The notes: generated by a model from the letters alone, not told the origin. A DNA stretch of 63,356 bases, filler included, from Asterionella formosa (GCA_002256025.1; 17 parts of 17 records of this genome joined end to end with filler, not necessarily neighbours in it), one strand, 5' to 3'. Shown: positions 11,978 to 25,510, numbered from the whole stretch's first letter. Made by a program: numbers and translations.

Positions 11978-12457
11978 CTAAAGCTCGTTGTCGCGTGGAC
12001 TCAATACATCCATCATGTGTTCCATCTCATTCGAATGCGCCAGAATTATATAATGTGCCCACAAGCATGTGACGGGATCATAAAGATAGGTCCAATATTG
12101 GGGCATGGAAACCGTTTCACCGGACCGATGATGATAGGTCGTGAAGACATGGAGATGACACCATTCCTCGGCAGCGCATTCAATGTCCTTGACATGAATG
12201 TCCAATTTTACTAACTCCAGCGAACTACTGGCGCCAAAAAAATCTTGTGGAGATGCCGTAAGCATTCCCATGGTTACTTTGGCGTCTGGGGCGTACCAAA
12301 CTCGAATGGCGTCGTCCATGCCCTGAGAAAAGTCATAAGAATGCCAATACTGAATGGATTCCATGGTTCGCTTGTACACATCGCATGATCTTGCCATGGG
12401 GATGAACACGAAGGAGACAAGGACAAAGAGGAGCGAAATGCTCATGAGATGGGGCAT
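11978..12457 (-). CDS. Small secreted or ER-resident protein, possibly SnoaL/NTF2-like fold
   Basis: ATG at 12457, hydrophobic signal peptide, WYAPDAKV motif, C-terminal DNEL. Fold call is weak inference. Confidence 0.65.
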   Translation of the reverse strand: MPHLMSISLLFVLVSFVFIPMARSCDVYKRTMESIQYWHSYDFSQGMDDAIRVWYAPDAKVTMGMLTASPQDFFGASSSLELVKLDIHVKDIECAAEEWCHLHVFTTYHHRSGETVSMPQYWTYLYDPVTCLWAHYIILAHSNEMEHMMDVLSPRDNEL

Positions 12458-12577
12458 GTTTGATACAACGAACGAGGAAGAAGGAGAAAAGCAATATTTG
12501 TTCCTTTCACAGAACACGATGATCTCCAGATCTGCCTGCATCCACACCTACAGCAGTGTCAACTCAAAACCAGGGCA

Positions 12578-12672
12578 CCTACCGGTAGTACCTGGTACCA
12601 GGTGGAGTACCAGGTACAAGGTACTGGTACTATGGTGGTGGTACATAGATGCCAGTACGGAGTACCAGATAC
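12578..12672. repeat. TA-core-TA array upstream of the small secreted protein gene
   Basis: Clustered TACCGGTA, TACCTGGTA, TACCAGGTA, TACAAGGTA and TACTGGTA. Confidence 0.75.
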
Positions 12673-14422
12673 TGCCTAGGCCAAGTTGAAGTCATTTTGC
12701 TTGAAGAAACAATTTAATTAATATAGGATAAAAAAAAGCTAAAGATTTTGTTTGAGCACAATTACCGCAACTTGCCAGGTATGTAGCACTGATAAAATGC
12801 AACTCCTACCATTGAGTCGGCTCGTCGGAGTCGACTCACATTCCCGCCTCCTGTCAAACCTGGTACCAGTACCAGGGTACCAGAAGCATGGACGAAACAC
12901 GAGAGCAAGGCAAACAACCTTGATACCTGAAATATTTTGTTGTAGTCTTAAATGTTCCTTCACAATGCCACATGTTTGGAAGAATATTTGAATAAAAACT
13001 ATCATTTGTATGGTAATAAATATCCATAATGATGAGGCAGAGATACACACCAGAATGAAGGAAAAGTATGATAGGCAAATGGAAGGAAAAATTCGTGATG
13101 ATGCCAGGTAAAATCTATGTGAGTTATCTGGATCTGAAATATTGCAAGGAACAGTGGGAGTTGGAAAAAGCATTGATTTGAGCAAACTAGATAAAAGACT
13201 CACAATAAACAGACAGGGAGAAACTGTTCCTAATTTATTGCCTGATAACCAGCAATCATAGCTACTAGTGAGGTATACAATAGTATATTATGTTGGAGTT
13301 AAATACTATAACATCACAGTACCCTGTTACCAGGTATATCGCATTTTTTTTAACTAATTATGTACCAGGTAGTATTATACTTTATGTAAGATACAAATCT
13401 ACTACTAGTTGGTAGTATTCAATGCATGAAATGGACCCCCTGTAGTTTGCTTTGCTTTGTTTTTTGTTGGTTCCCTATGATCTCTGATGCTTGGTGCCTG
13501 GTGCCTGGCACATATGGAGAAGATTTCAGTATTAATGGTAGGGATTATTTTGCTTTGGTTGAAGCTTTGTAGCCCTCCTCTTAAAGTGCACCTTATGTTC
13601 TCAAGAGTAACCAGTAAATATATCCACACCCAAAGCGATCGCCATGTGTTATGCCTCACAAATTGACATGAGTCGAACCTTCACTGGTTGCCCCCCGGTT
13701 TCCTGTTTCAGAGTCTAATCAAAAGGTTTTGGTATTGCATAGGATAACTGCGTCCTTAAAGGCCCTCAATAAATGAATTTATTATATTACATATTAGAAT
13801 GCACTGTCATGAATTTGAATTCTGCTCAGCAGCAAGCAAGTAGAGCGTTTTTCGTCAGGTTAGCTTTTCATGCAGACAGACACCTTCTCAGGTATTGCTC
13901 ATTCAAAGATAAGGTCACTCAAATAATCCATTAGGTTCTTAGTCCCATTTGGTCACCTCCCTGGCCCAATGTTGAAATAAGTAAACAAATGACTCCCTGT
14001 TTCATTGCCACTGTAAAAAAAAATAGAAAAAAGGAAATTCAAAGAACAAAAATTCGTCAAGTAGGAATGATATCATTAGTGTTCAGCATTAGGTAGAAAG
14101 TGCCTTGCACTGGAAAACCCCATGAATTGATGAAGGTGTTTGCGTAATGTAGTTGCTTCATCCTTGAATAATTCATGTCGAAATTTGAATGTCACCAACC
14201 GAAATAGTTTGTGATCGGCAATCTCGCATGTATTACCTTTAAACGTGCCATTTGATGGACTGCCCAAAGGCATATAGCATGGTGTAATAGGAAATATCAT
14301 GTGATGTACACACATAACGCCAGCATAGAATTACATCCTATGTAAAAGAAAGTTCTTGTAACATCAATATGAAGAGTAATTAATTTGGTTTTTGTTGGAC
14401 TTGCTCTTCAATTCGAACATTT

Positions 14423-16291
14423 TTATTTGGTCGTAATGACAAATTTGGCAGCTGAAATCGGCCCTTTGAAGCCACTCTTATCAGTGGCTTCGAAGTAAAT
14501 AGTGTGATTACCGATCCTGTACCGAGAGGCTTGAATGGCATAGAGTCCTGTTGTCGGATCAGAAGTTAATGAGACTCCGCTGACAACCTCACCAGTTCCA
14601 GCTCCACTATCATAGGGATGAACATCAACCCATGCCCGAATAGAGGCAACTCCTTGTGTGGAAGTTGCAAATTTACCCGGAGACCATGCTGAGTCACTTG
14701 CTGTTGGGCGAACTTTGAGGACACCAGTGGAATTAACCGAAGCTGCATCGAACAGAATCTTGATCACATCTGGTCCTTTTGGAAGGGAGTATGGGGCTCC
14801 GGCAATCTTGGCAGCATAGTTAAGGGCACCAATACTCTTTGGGACGATACTGCTACTAAAGTAGGTGCAGGGTTGGTAGAAATCAGTGCCAATTTCAAAG
14901 GTCATAGCAGCAGCACCCAATGTTCCATATGTCCAATCGTCACTTGCACCGGAAGCTGGGTATGAAAACCCATTGTTCGGACCGGAGTAAGCATATCCAT
15001 TAAAGCTTTTATACTTGTTGACAAGGGCCCCAAAGCCTACTTCATTAGGACTTAAGACATTTTGGAATCCCCAAGGCCAAATCATGGTTTCTCCATACGA
15101 GTGAAAATCAATGAAAACACCAATCGCAGAGTCGGGGTATGCAACACCAAGTTGACTTTCAGGATTAGACTTGCGTTGATTAATGGGAAAGATTGTTTTG
15201 GCGTAGTTTACAATAGCCTGAACTTCCGGCTCTGATGCTGCACTGGGACCACGATATGTCTCGGCACAGGGGTAACCAGATGACCCATCGTTGCGCCCCC
15301 ACATGAATGGAAAGTTTCGGTTCAGATCGACACCCCCCGAGCTACCACAGTTACCATAGTCATGCGCACTCTTTCGCTGATAGACCCCTCTGTTCGTCTC
15401 TGCAATGGCTCGGCCGTCAGGGTTGGCCTCAAACACGAGATGTATCACCGTGTGATCCAAGATGGAAGTGATGTCTGCATCTGTGCCATATCCACTAACA
15501 AGGAATTCTACCCATCGTGCCAGCAACTCTGGAGGAGCATACTCACGAGCATGAATTCCAGCCATGACGAACATAGGCCCCTTAACGGTTGTGCGACTTG
15601 CTGCGGCAACACCATTTCCTGTAAGGACGAGTGCCGTCATGTTGTATCCTTTGTACGATTTTCCAATGACATTGATCTTGATTGAAAGGTTGGGAATCGT
15701 TTTCCCTTTCTTTTCAATATCCACCATCCAAGCCGCCATACCAGCAAGGCTTCGAAAGCATGTGTAGCCGTTGATAGTTGCATATTGCACAAGACGGCGA
15801 TTGCCTTTAATATTATCGTGGTTTCCTCGCGCCGAATCAACCATGCGCTTCGTTTCCACCAAATCTTGCTCCATGCTTGATGCAATGGAGAATTGTTTCT
15901 TTCCAGCAGAGCTAGAGCGAAGGCCTGTTGTGGGGGAGGCATTCAAAGCTTCAATGTTCTTAAGTTCGAGGGCGTTATGAACCAAAAAGGAAATCTTGCA
16001 AAATGCCGACCCAGTCCCATCGTACGGTGATGGTAAACCATATGCAACGATACCTATCAAATCGACTTCGGCAGCAAAGTGAATAGCGTTCATGTCAGAC
16101 GATGACTCCTTGGTGTCCGGGCATGGAACTACAGCAGTGTACATTCGAGGGAAGCTCGTTGTAGTGAAATTGCCTCCGGCTGGAAGCTGCCTTTCCACAG
16201 ATTGAATGTTTCCATCCCTTTCCGGAAGGGCCGTCGCATGAAACGACAACAACCCAGTTCCAACGAGACAAAAGGATGCAATGAATTTCAT
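14423..16291 (-). CDS. Secreted zinc carboxypeptidase, family M14 (carboxypeptidase T-like)
   Basis: Signal peptide, pro-region ending RRL, GIHARE, NPDG, GVDLNRNF, DFHSYG and catalytic Glu in MTFEIG. Confidence 0.93.
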   Translation of the reverse strand: MKFIASFCLVGTGLLSFHATALPERDGNIQSVERQLPAGGNFTTTSFPRMYTAVVPCPDTKESSSDMNAIHFAAEVDLIGIVAYGLPSPYDGTGSAFCKISFLVHNALELKNIEALNASPTTGLRSSSAGKKQFSIASSMEQDLVETKRMVDSARGNHDNIKGNRRLVQYATINGYTCFRSLAGMAAWMVDIEKKGKTIPNLSIKINVIGKSYKGYNMTALVLTGNGVAAASRTTVKGPMFVMAGIHAREYAPPELLARWVEFLVSGYGTDADITSILDHTVIHLVFEANPDGRAIAETNRGVYQRKSAHDYGNCGSSGGVDLNRNFPFMWGRNDGSSGYPCAETYRGPSAASEPEVQAIVNYAKTIFPINQRKSNPESQLGVAYPDSAIGVFIDFHSYGETMIWPWGFQNVLSPNEVGFGALVNKYKSFNGYAYSGPNNGFSYPASGASDDWTYGTLGAAAMTFEIGTDFYQPCTYFSSSIVPKSIGALNYAAKIAGAPYSLPKGPDVIKILFDAASVNSTGVLKVRPTASDSAWSPGKFATSTQGVASIRAWVDVHPYDSGAGTGEVVSGVSLTSDPTTGLYAIQASRYRIGNHTIYFEATDKSGFKGPISAAKFVITTK

Positions 16292-17277
16292 GCTTCAAGG
16301 TGAATCAAAAACAAAATATTGTGAGAACTTCTGAGGCCTGGGCCGGACTTTGAAACATTTGTTGGCCGGATGGATCGTGAGAATCACCGAACCACCAATG
16401 AAACTTGGTTTGGTGCCGGGAGACTCATCCCCCCATGACACACATCGAATTTTCTAGAGCGATAACTAATGTACTTATGTGGAGCTAATAAATTAGACAA
16501 CCTCATGCATTTATGCTGGCATTTACAGGTGCGCATGTGCAGATAACTGGAGCGATACATGCATTAAAATATCGGTAAGTTCGTGACAGAACTACCGTAT
16601 CATGTTACCAGTACCTGGTACCGGCACCTTGACAAGGAGAGCGAGCGACGAATGTGATTACCGGTCACAGGTCGGCCTTTTTACTTTCGACAACACCAAG
16701 CAATTATGTGTACAGTCTCTTCTAGAGTACTTTATACGGCAACAATGACCCATCGAAGGCTCGAGACGTGCAACTCGGAGAAACTGAAGCAGACTACAGG
16801 TACCGACCGGTACCGGTTCTGTGGCCATATCTTAGTTCACTTGCATCCTTACATGTATGATAGTCATAGTCATAGTAAAAGCTAGTCATTATTACCAATC
16901 GTGAAGCGGCCCATGCCGCTTCGGTACCTATCTTAGACTACCAGCCAAGAAATGCTAATGACCACTATGAACTGCTTACCACAAAAACGGGGAAATCTTA
17001 CATTTGGTACTACGCACAAACTTTTTCAATTTTAGAGATTCTACAATATTGCTATGAGGAAGTCATTTGTTTTATGCATATACATATGTATTCTAACACC
17101 CGATCGATGATGTTGTGTTCCAGTTGGTGAGATACCTGGTACTCCTCTGTCTAGTAACAGTTGCATCGATAATTCAAATTTATCCGGGGCCATTTTGACT
17201 TATACGATTTTCTCCGGCTCAATTGCCCTATTGTGCGGCTTGCTCTAAGCTACAGAATCATATATACATTATATATA

Positions 17278-17449
17278 GAAAGACTAAAATTGGCAACACA
17301 TTTGAAATTTTTTTTTGGGATTTTTCGATTTTCACTTGTAGCTATCTCGAGCAAAATGCAGATGCATGAGGACCCATTTTTCTTCGAACCATCTATTCTC
17401 AACATACGTACAAAGTACGATACTATAACAGTAGAACAACTGAAACTTG
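17278..17449 (+). repeat. Dispersed repeat, copy 1 (probable transposon subterminal region)
   Basis: Aligns with 47185-47360, including an identical GAGGACCCATTTTTCTTCGAACCATCTATTCTCAACATAC block. Confidence 0.85.
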
Positions 17450-18999
17450 TAATTGCCTGCATGATTTGGGTGAGTAAAAGTTACATAAGAGTGTGTTCAG
17501 TACCTATCAAAGCTGCCCCCTCGTGCTACAATAGCTTTTACCTTCAATTCATAAAATATTTAGAAGAAGGCTTGTAGTGATGAATATGCCATAGTTGATG
17601 TAATGAAATCTATAAATAATTTATATACATTTCAGTTTCATTGCAAGGGTAATTGTGATCCAGCCAACAAAATTAGTTGCAGCATTAAAATGAACAATTG
17701 CCAATTGTGTGGGCCACATCGGATGTTGGAATCATGTGCTCGACAACGATTGTTGCTTTGATCGCAGACCACCAAAGTGATAGCAGCCTGATTGTTGCCA
17801 TGGAAAGCCTCCGTCTACCGGCCGCTTTTGCGATGATTCGCTTCAGGAGCTTGTTGGCTAGCTAAGAGTGCAACATGGCTCGAATGCTCAAAGTTTTGAA
17901 AGGGAATGGCTCGATAAAGGCAAACAATCTTTCCAACATATCAACGTAATTGCTGCCAAGCCTTGCCGCCTACTACGCCACTTATTTTTCCTTACCTCGC
18001 TTCTGACTTCGTGCTCAAAAGCAGACCGCCACCAGCAGCAATGATTGCGGCCTCAGCTGACAAGGAGGATGATGAAAAGGATGAAGCTGTGGTGATGGAG
18101 GAGTGATTATGTGTTCACACAATCTTGCTACCCGGTAAGTCAGTAGACCGAAGGAAAAAGAGAAAATATGGAAAACGAGGAAAACATTTTCTAACCGTTT
18201 ACCATAAAATAGTTTTTATACATAAAGAAAAATAAAACCTCTAAAATGCAAAATGAACGACTAAAAAGTTCGAATATCATAACAAAATAAACTTCAAATT
18301 ATTAGAATGATTCAACCAGCTTATACTTGCATGCATTTGTTGACCTCTTCTCAAAGGGTTTTATTTGGGGTCAGCTGAACATTTTTCTGGGTAATATAGT
18401 GGTCTTAAGCAGTTTTTGACTGGTACCATAAATCACGTACTAGTCCTGCCTCCCAGCAACCAATGTACACACCCAAGATTCAATTTACTTACATGAGACA
18501 GTAAAACAGCCTTTTTGCGCGCACTACTCCCTTCCATTGATCAAAAAGTTATCCCTAATGTCTTCTTTATAGTTGAAAACATACAAATGATATGCAAAAG
18601 ATGATATTGTTCTTAGTTAAATCGCTTTTTATGATAATTTGATTTTCCAATTTAGGGTGCACTTGTGCGCCAGAAAATTAGCAGAAGTCACATAGCTAGC
18701 TATACATCCCTGTTTCAAAACCTATATTATGATGATCTTGTCTAGGTTCTACAAGGTTTTGCTGTGCCGGAATTTCACCAAGCTAACCACATCATGTTAT
18801 TTATTTGTGCATCATGATGACGAAAGAATTCATCAGCCTCAGGCTGAAGAAAATTTTGGTGGAAGCCTTTTCCAAGCCAAATAACATTAAGGTGACTGCC
18901 AGTAGCTGCCTTTCTGTTTTTCTTGAGCAAATTAGGCAATGGTGGGCCATGTTTGCTTTCCTACCTGTTCAAGCAGCAGAAGACAGTGACATAAATAAT

Positions 19000-19775
19000 G
19001 ATGATGATGGAAATCAACAAATTTGTTAGCAATCACAGATTTGAACAAAAAACAGCTCACCAAGGTAATGTCAGAAAAAGTGTCAGTGAATTTAACATGT
19101 TACAGGCAACTTTTGATGGTTTTATGCAGCAAGATCGATGCTGCACAATTTGTATGCTCTCTATTGAGCTTAAAAGATTGGCTGGAAATGAAAATGTGTC
19201 TCTTGCGGCTCTGTCAATGGGGTTCAAGTGATGGATGGTGAAGGACGGTATTGTTCTTTGGAGAGTGACACATGTTTCCCAGAACATGAAAGTCGACCAA
19301 GTCAGAGTGTTTGCGTTTGGAACATACGAACACCAATCAACAGATTCAGTTTGGTTCATTGTTAATATTGATGAGACAAACATATGGATCATTATCCTTG
19401 GAGAAATGTGGAGCCAGAACCATTAGAATGAAGACTTCAAGTACTGCAGATCGGTTACTGTGGTCTTAGGTGTAACTATTAGCAGAGAAAAGCTTCCTCC
19501 ATTCATTTCGTGCAAGGGAACTAGTTATGGGAGTATAAGCATGCAGTTAGCCATCAATACACCAAAAACATTTCCTGTTTCGGTGAAATGTGCGTAGTTT
19601 GTCAGGCCCACGCTTGCTGAGTGAACCAAACTGCTTTTATTAATAGGGTTGAGTAGGCTTGGAAGCCCTGGACACAGGGAAAATTAGGAGAGATTAATTA
19701 CCTGAAAATAGACGACTTTTCGGTCCACAAAATTGGGAAATGTGTAGATGCAATTAAATCTTGTGGCACCGGTGC
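19000..19775 (+). mobile_element. pogo/Tc1-mariner (DDE_1) transposase relic
   Basis: Ordered remnants IVNIDETN (~19360), TVVLGVTISREKLPPFI (~19460-19505), WKPWT, YLKIDDFSVH (~19700-19730); frameshifts and stops. Confidence 0.7.
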
Positions 19776-20629
19776 ATTTGGCATGTCAAAAATATGATGC
19801 ATCATATAAAATATAAAATTGGAGTGAACTAAATTAGTTTCGACAATTTCCATAATTTATTTTGGAACCCACATAATTTTTGTGGCAAACTAACAATATT
19901 TTGTGCTTCCAATCAATTAATTTCTTAATCAGCGACAACAATTTTTATTCGCAGCAATCATGTATAATTTCTTTGAATGAACAAACTAAACTGAAAATGC
20001 TATTGAGATAATAATATTGTTATAATAGCTACCAGAACTATTTGTAGATTTTATAAATTGCTACTAATATTGGTAGTTTTTTAGAAATCGGGGAATTGGA
20101 GCATGTTAATGCGGAATCACTCCTCTGCTTTCTTGCTTGCTTGTCAATGGTGGCCTCTTTCTGGTTGTCTTTCTAGTATCAACAATTACTCCGCCATATT
20201 CACTTGAATCAAAGCAATAACTGCTGAATCACTTGTCATGGTTCTTGGCTGATTGTAGCAAGACAAGCAATGATACCTGCAAATAAGAGAAATAAATCGG
20301 TGAGAGTTGCTTCATTGGTAAAGAATTCAAAGCACAAGACCAATCATTGTTTTTCCTACCTTATTTTGTCATTGGACTTTCAGAGAGAATTTTGATTCCT
20401 GAAGCACGAGCTAGATTACTTGTGTGAGTGTGTGAAATGAACAAATGGCAAGACAATTGATCAAAAAACTAACAACATCCCTTAAAAAGAGCCAACAACA
20501 AAGCCTCGAAAACAACCTTCATTTATCATTGAACCTTGACTTTCTTTCAAGGAATGCTATATTTTGGAGAGGAGTGCCAGGTGTGAGAATAAGAAGCTCA
20601 GAGAATGCAGCAATCGCATCGAACTTACT

Positions 20630-21320
20630 GTGCAGAGCCCAGCATCATCAATGCGGTTTTCCATGCTTTCGGCAAACTTAACTTGCAATTTATGTGGTGC
20701 AAGAATGATGATGATTGATTATTTGATTAATTAAAATGGGCGCAGACAATTGTGCTCCCCCTTTACAAATAAAATACACCACACTCCTGTTAAATGAACA
20801 CAAAAAAGTACTGGCGCCGTCTGCAATGTTGTACAAGTCTACCATGAGGACCATCCCTTCAACTACCAGTTGCAAAAAATACATAAGGAAATTGATTAAG
20901 GCTGGATTCATATTCAGGTTACCCGAGATATCTCTCGTAAGTGCTGGTACATTATTATTTAGCTGAGATGCATAATGCGATTCTTTTGTACACACAAACA
21001 CTACAGTGTAGTTGGTGTGATTTAAAAGCCTGGAGTAATGTTGAAAAATATATATGAAAATGTGAACTTCATTGTTTCTGCTGTTCTTTCATTAAATCTT
21101 TTCCTCATCGACTAATCCTATTTATTTAGTCTTGATTCTTTCTCTATTGCTGACATACATAAACATATGTGGTATGAACCTCTCTGGCACTCTTGCCCAT
21201 CGCCTAATTTTGAGCCAACCTTGGACAGGATCTTGCGAAATATTTCAGTGCAAGTGGCATTGCTTTTCGAATGAATATCATTTTGTGTCCACTCTTCAAA
21301 CTTGTTCACTTTGCATAGAT
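20630..21320 (-). mobile_element. Possible hAT transposase relic
   Basis: Degenerate motifs in hAT order on the minus strand: EEWT, ADGAS, CAH..INQII (frameshifted), WKTALMML. Confidence 0.35.
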
Positions 21321-21890
21321 CTTGATTGGCACCCACAAACTCATCCAGAGCTAACCTAGTAGAAAAGATTGCATAATCATGTTTTTTAATCTGATAAGCA
21401 ATAATTATCTGCCACCTTATAAGTACATGCTGCCTCACTTGGCTGTATCTACAAGTGCTACTAAAGTGGAAGCTATACTTCTAGCTTGATAGGCCTTACA
21501 AGTAGCTATTCAGTATGTAATTCTTGTGACTTCCATATCTTATCAACCAACAACATCTAGAAGCAACAAATATCCTACTAGTGCAAGGCACTGCCTCTTT
21601 CTAGACTTAGTACTAGTACCATGTCTGGTCAAAACATAGGGACTATCCAACAACAGTCTCAACATCTTGATCTCAGATCTTATTCTTGTATTCATTCTAC
21701 AATTTAATATGCAATTTTCTTGTCTAATGTAAGAAAACGCAATTTGAGTAAGGAGTACATTCAATATTATGACTAAGGTCAGTACCAGTGGTTGCCATCA
21801 ATAAAGTAACCATGAGCAAATTGAATTCTTTTCGACAATGCTGGTTTCCAAAACTTATATTATAATATGGCTTAATCTTCACATAAAAAT

Positions 21891-24800
21891 CTAACTCCAC
21901 TGCATGGATTGAGCTGCAAGCCGAAGCTTGTCTTGAATTTCTTCTGCAACCTTGCTGTCCTCCATTGTGGCTTCCACTAAGACTCTTCGCAAAGCCTCTT
22001 GTAAAGCCAAGAGATCAGGCTGATTCATCTGCAGCAATCCCAATAAACAGGTGTAGACAGTTTCATTTTCTGTCATGTCCGACTTGAGGGGTAGTGCTGA
22101 TAGGAGAGCAGGCAATACTTGAGAAAGTGGAACCTGGTCAGGCAATGCCATAATCATACGCGAGATGGCAGCAGCGGCATTGTCAATACAGGCAGATGAC
22201 GAGTCGCCCTGGTTAGGGTCAATAACAAAGAGAGGAGAAATGGCCTGGAGAAGCTGGGGGTAGTCTCCAGCAATACCGTCACCGAGATTTTCGCAGCAAA
22301 CACCAGCACAGAAAGCGGCATTTCGCTTCACATTGTCATCAGGATCAGCCAGTCCGGCCAAAACAGCTGGATAAAAGACACTTATCCAGTGCTCAGAGAT
22401 AGATCCCTCGAGCTCCTGAGCGATTTCACCGAGACATCCGATCGCCATGGAACGATCACTGGGCGGCCGGGACGACTTCGCGTAAGCACAAACAGCGGGC
22501 AAAAACTCGTTGAGGTATTGTTTGAAATGGGTACCCATAACTCGTGCAAATGATCCGACCAAGTCGCAAACCGAAGTCATGAAGGTGTCATGATCATCGT
22601 CATCGTCGTCAGGCAGCTCACCATAACCACCGTCTGTTTGCTGACAAGGAGCCTTCTTGGTCAACAATTCGTGAGTATTTTTCAAGCATTCTGATGCAAC
22701 AATTACGAGGGCATGCGGACCAACCAGTTCAATGACAGATTGAACTCCTTCGCAAGCCTTGCCAACCGTGTCCTTGTCTTCATCTCGCATCAAAAAAATC
22801 AATTCATTCAAGACTGCCTCCGTAATGGCCTGAGTGTGCGGACTCATGGGATTGGTTCCACCTACATCGCCCTTCTCCCAAACAATCTCACCATTGTGAT
22901 ACGCAGCGACACTAGGAACAACCATGGATGGAAGGGCTTCCGCGACTTCGCACTTGATCAGTGGATGCCAGTGATTCCGCCCAGCACTTGTCAAGACTTC
23001 CATGACTTCTTTCAAATAAGGCACAAATGCAGTACCGGTGTGAGCCGCCATTTCACCAATTGCTGTGATCGCACCCTTCTTGGCTTCCAACAAAGCAGTA
23101 CGAATGTGCATGACATAGTTTCCGCCATCTTCGTCTTCATCGTCAGAGTCATCCAAATACTGAAACTGCTCGGCCTGAGGTTGAATATATAATAACGATT
23201 GCAATTCGCGCTGTATTAGAGGACGAACATTCAGACCATCGACTCACTTGTGGAAGGCAAGGCATACAGCACAGATTTTAATACTTACATTTTGAGCTTC
23301 TTCTTGTGCCTTTTCCACTGTCCCCTCATCGGCTCCAATGACCTTGATCAAATGTGGGACCAACTCGGGAAGGACTGGAGCGAATTCTTCCCCCATGACT
23401 TTGGCCAAATTGGCAAATGCTGCATATGCAAATTCATGCAAATCAGTTGAGTCAGTAGCAAGTCCATCACACGCACACTGCATCGTTCCTGTGAAGTAGG
23501 GCCGGAATGTTTGTTTGCCAACAGCAATGGCTATGTGCCCCATACATTCCAAAGCTCGGCCTCGGAGACTGTATAGTCGTTCTTCTTGCAACAGCATTAA
23601 TTTCGTCATGAGAGCGGCAACTCCACCCACATATGGGGTGAATTCTTCTTCGGCGGCAACTGCAGTGGCTGCCAACGCCGCTACTGCCATTTCTTGCACG
23701 GAACGTTTGGTGGAGGATTCCAACATGGCTGCCAACTTTCGTACCAATGGATCCAACAAAGGACGAACAGCATCTGGCTCCAGCCGTTCACAAAACATTT
23801 CCAAAACGTAACATGACGTAGCTTGGACACTAACAGTGGTGTCATCCAAGAGGGCAAAGACGATGGGCAATATTTGTGAAGAGTATGCCAAAACCTCTGG
23901 TTGACAATGTTCACTAAGTTGTCCGAGAGCAAAACAGGCACATTCTCTAACTTGCGATTCCGCATCGGCTGCTGCTGAGAAGACATGTGGCATCACGTCA
24001 GCCAAATGTTCTCGAAGCGGTTCGGCACATCCTTCGGCAATGACTCCTAGACCGGCTATGCCTGCCTTGCGAGCCCCCACAACTGGAGATTGCAAACGAG
24101 CAATGCATCGAGACATGACAGGTTGGAAGATGTATTTTTTTGGAATTTCACATGCCAACATGTCCAAAGTGCCTTGTGCCATCGAGGTTTCGGTAGGACT
24201 GTCTTCTGCTTCCAAGTCCATGTCTTCCTTCCACGCCGGGTTTGATTCCAGCAAAGCTCCTGCAGCTGATTCAGGTGAATTTTCGATCAATAAAAAGAGC
24301 GTATCCAAAACGGAACTCATGAGTGCTTCTTCTTTTCCAAACTGTTTTGGTTTTGCTTCTGCCAAGGTGGCAATGACCAATGCTGCTGAGTCTCGAACTC
24401 CCATCTCCAAATCAGCACTGGCCACGCAAATCAAACAAAATTGCACCATGTCTGTCAATTGTGCATTCACTGCGGGTGACGGTGAATATGCCAAATCATA
24501 CAAGACATCCAGAACGGTTGCCACCGTGTCATCATCGTGCTGTTGAACACATCGATTGGCCACTTGCAACACACCAGGCAAGAGAGCAACAAAGACTTCG
24601 ATATCCGGTTCATCTGCCAAATAACTCATGAGTTGTCCTAGGGCCTTGACGGCCGCCTTTTGAACTTTCGGGTCCACATCTGTTAGGGCGGAAGCAAACA
24701 GCGTTTCTGCCATATTAGCAAATTGTGGTTTCAGATACAGTCCAACGGTTTCCGTCATTTCTTGCAGGAGCCAAAAGGCCAGTTCCCGTGCATCTGGATG

Positions 24801-25290
24801 TGGGTCTTGCGCGGCGGCGGCAATGAATTGCCAAAGTTCCGGCCACTCATTGTCTTCCAATTTACACACCGTGGCTGCAACGCCAATAACTCCCCCACGA
24901 ACGGCACGTTCTGGTTCATGTGCCAAGACTAGCAAAATGGAAGCTTGCACTTGCGACTTGGTCGCTCGGTCCATTTTGGCGTAATGGCCTCCCACGCGTT
25001 TCCGAAGAAGAACGGCAGCGACATGACGAACGGCGTTGGGCTGTTGTAAAGAGACAGTAGAAATGAAACAATGTTGGTACGTTCCCTCTCCTCAATAGAA
25101 ATCACACGGGCAGATACCGTACCTGAACTCCTCGACCTTTCAATACTTCCATCAAGGCAGGAATGCTTCGTTCATCACGAAGAATGGGTTTCAACGCCAC
25201 CTCTGCTTGACGAATGGTTTCCGTATCTGGTTGTGTCAACGCCATCAAAAGCGCTGCCATTTGATTCACATCGTCCATGGTGGCTGTCAT
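21891..25290 (-). CDS. IPO4: Importin-4 (karyopherin beta, Kap123-like); exons 25123-25290, 23289-25040 and 21891-23174
   Basis: IBN_N-like start (PDTETIRQAE...VRHVAAVLLRK), HEAT repeats (VIAEGCAE, VRECACFALGQLSEH, LRGRALEC, IRTALLEAKKGA, VKRNAAFCAG, IDNAAAAISRM, LPLKSDMTEN). GT-AG introns 25041-25122 and 23175-23288 keep the frame. Confidence 0.93.
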
Positions 25291-25510
25291 TGTTCAGAGT
25301 GTGCAATGAATATGAAATTGTATCAGAGGCCGACTCAAAATGACAACTGCGCGTGAATTTATGTCACAAGGATCTACACACAACACAGAATAAGTGTAAG
25401 TGCCGGTATTTTTCTTGCTTGTGGGTAAGGAAAACAGAAACGATTTGTTGTGAGACAAAAAATGCGCTGATGTAGGGTTGTGTTTGCATACGAATCTAAT
25501 GTCGAGCATC

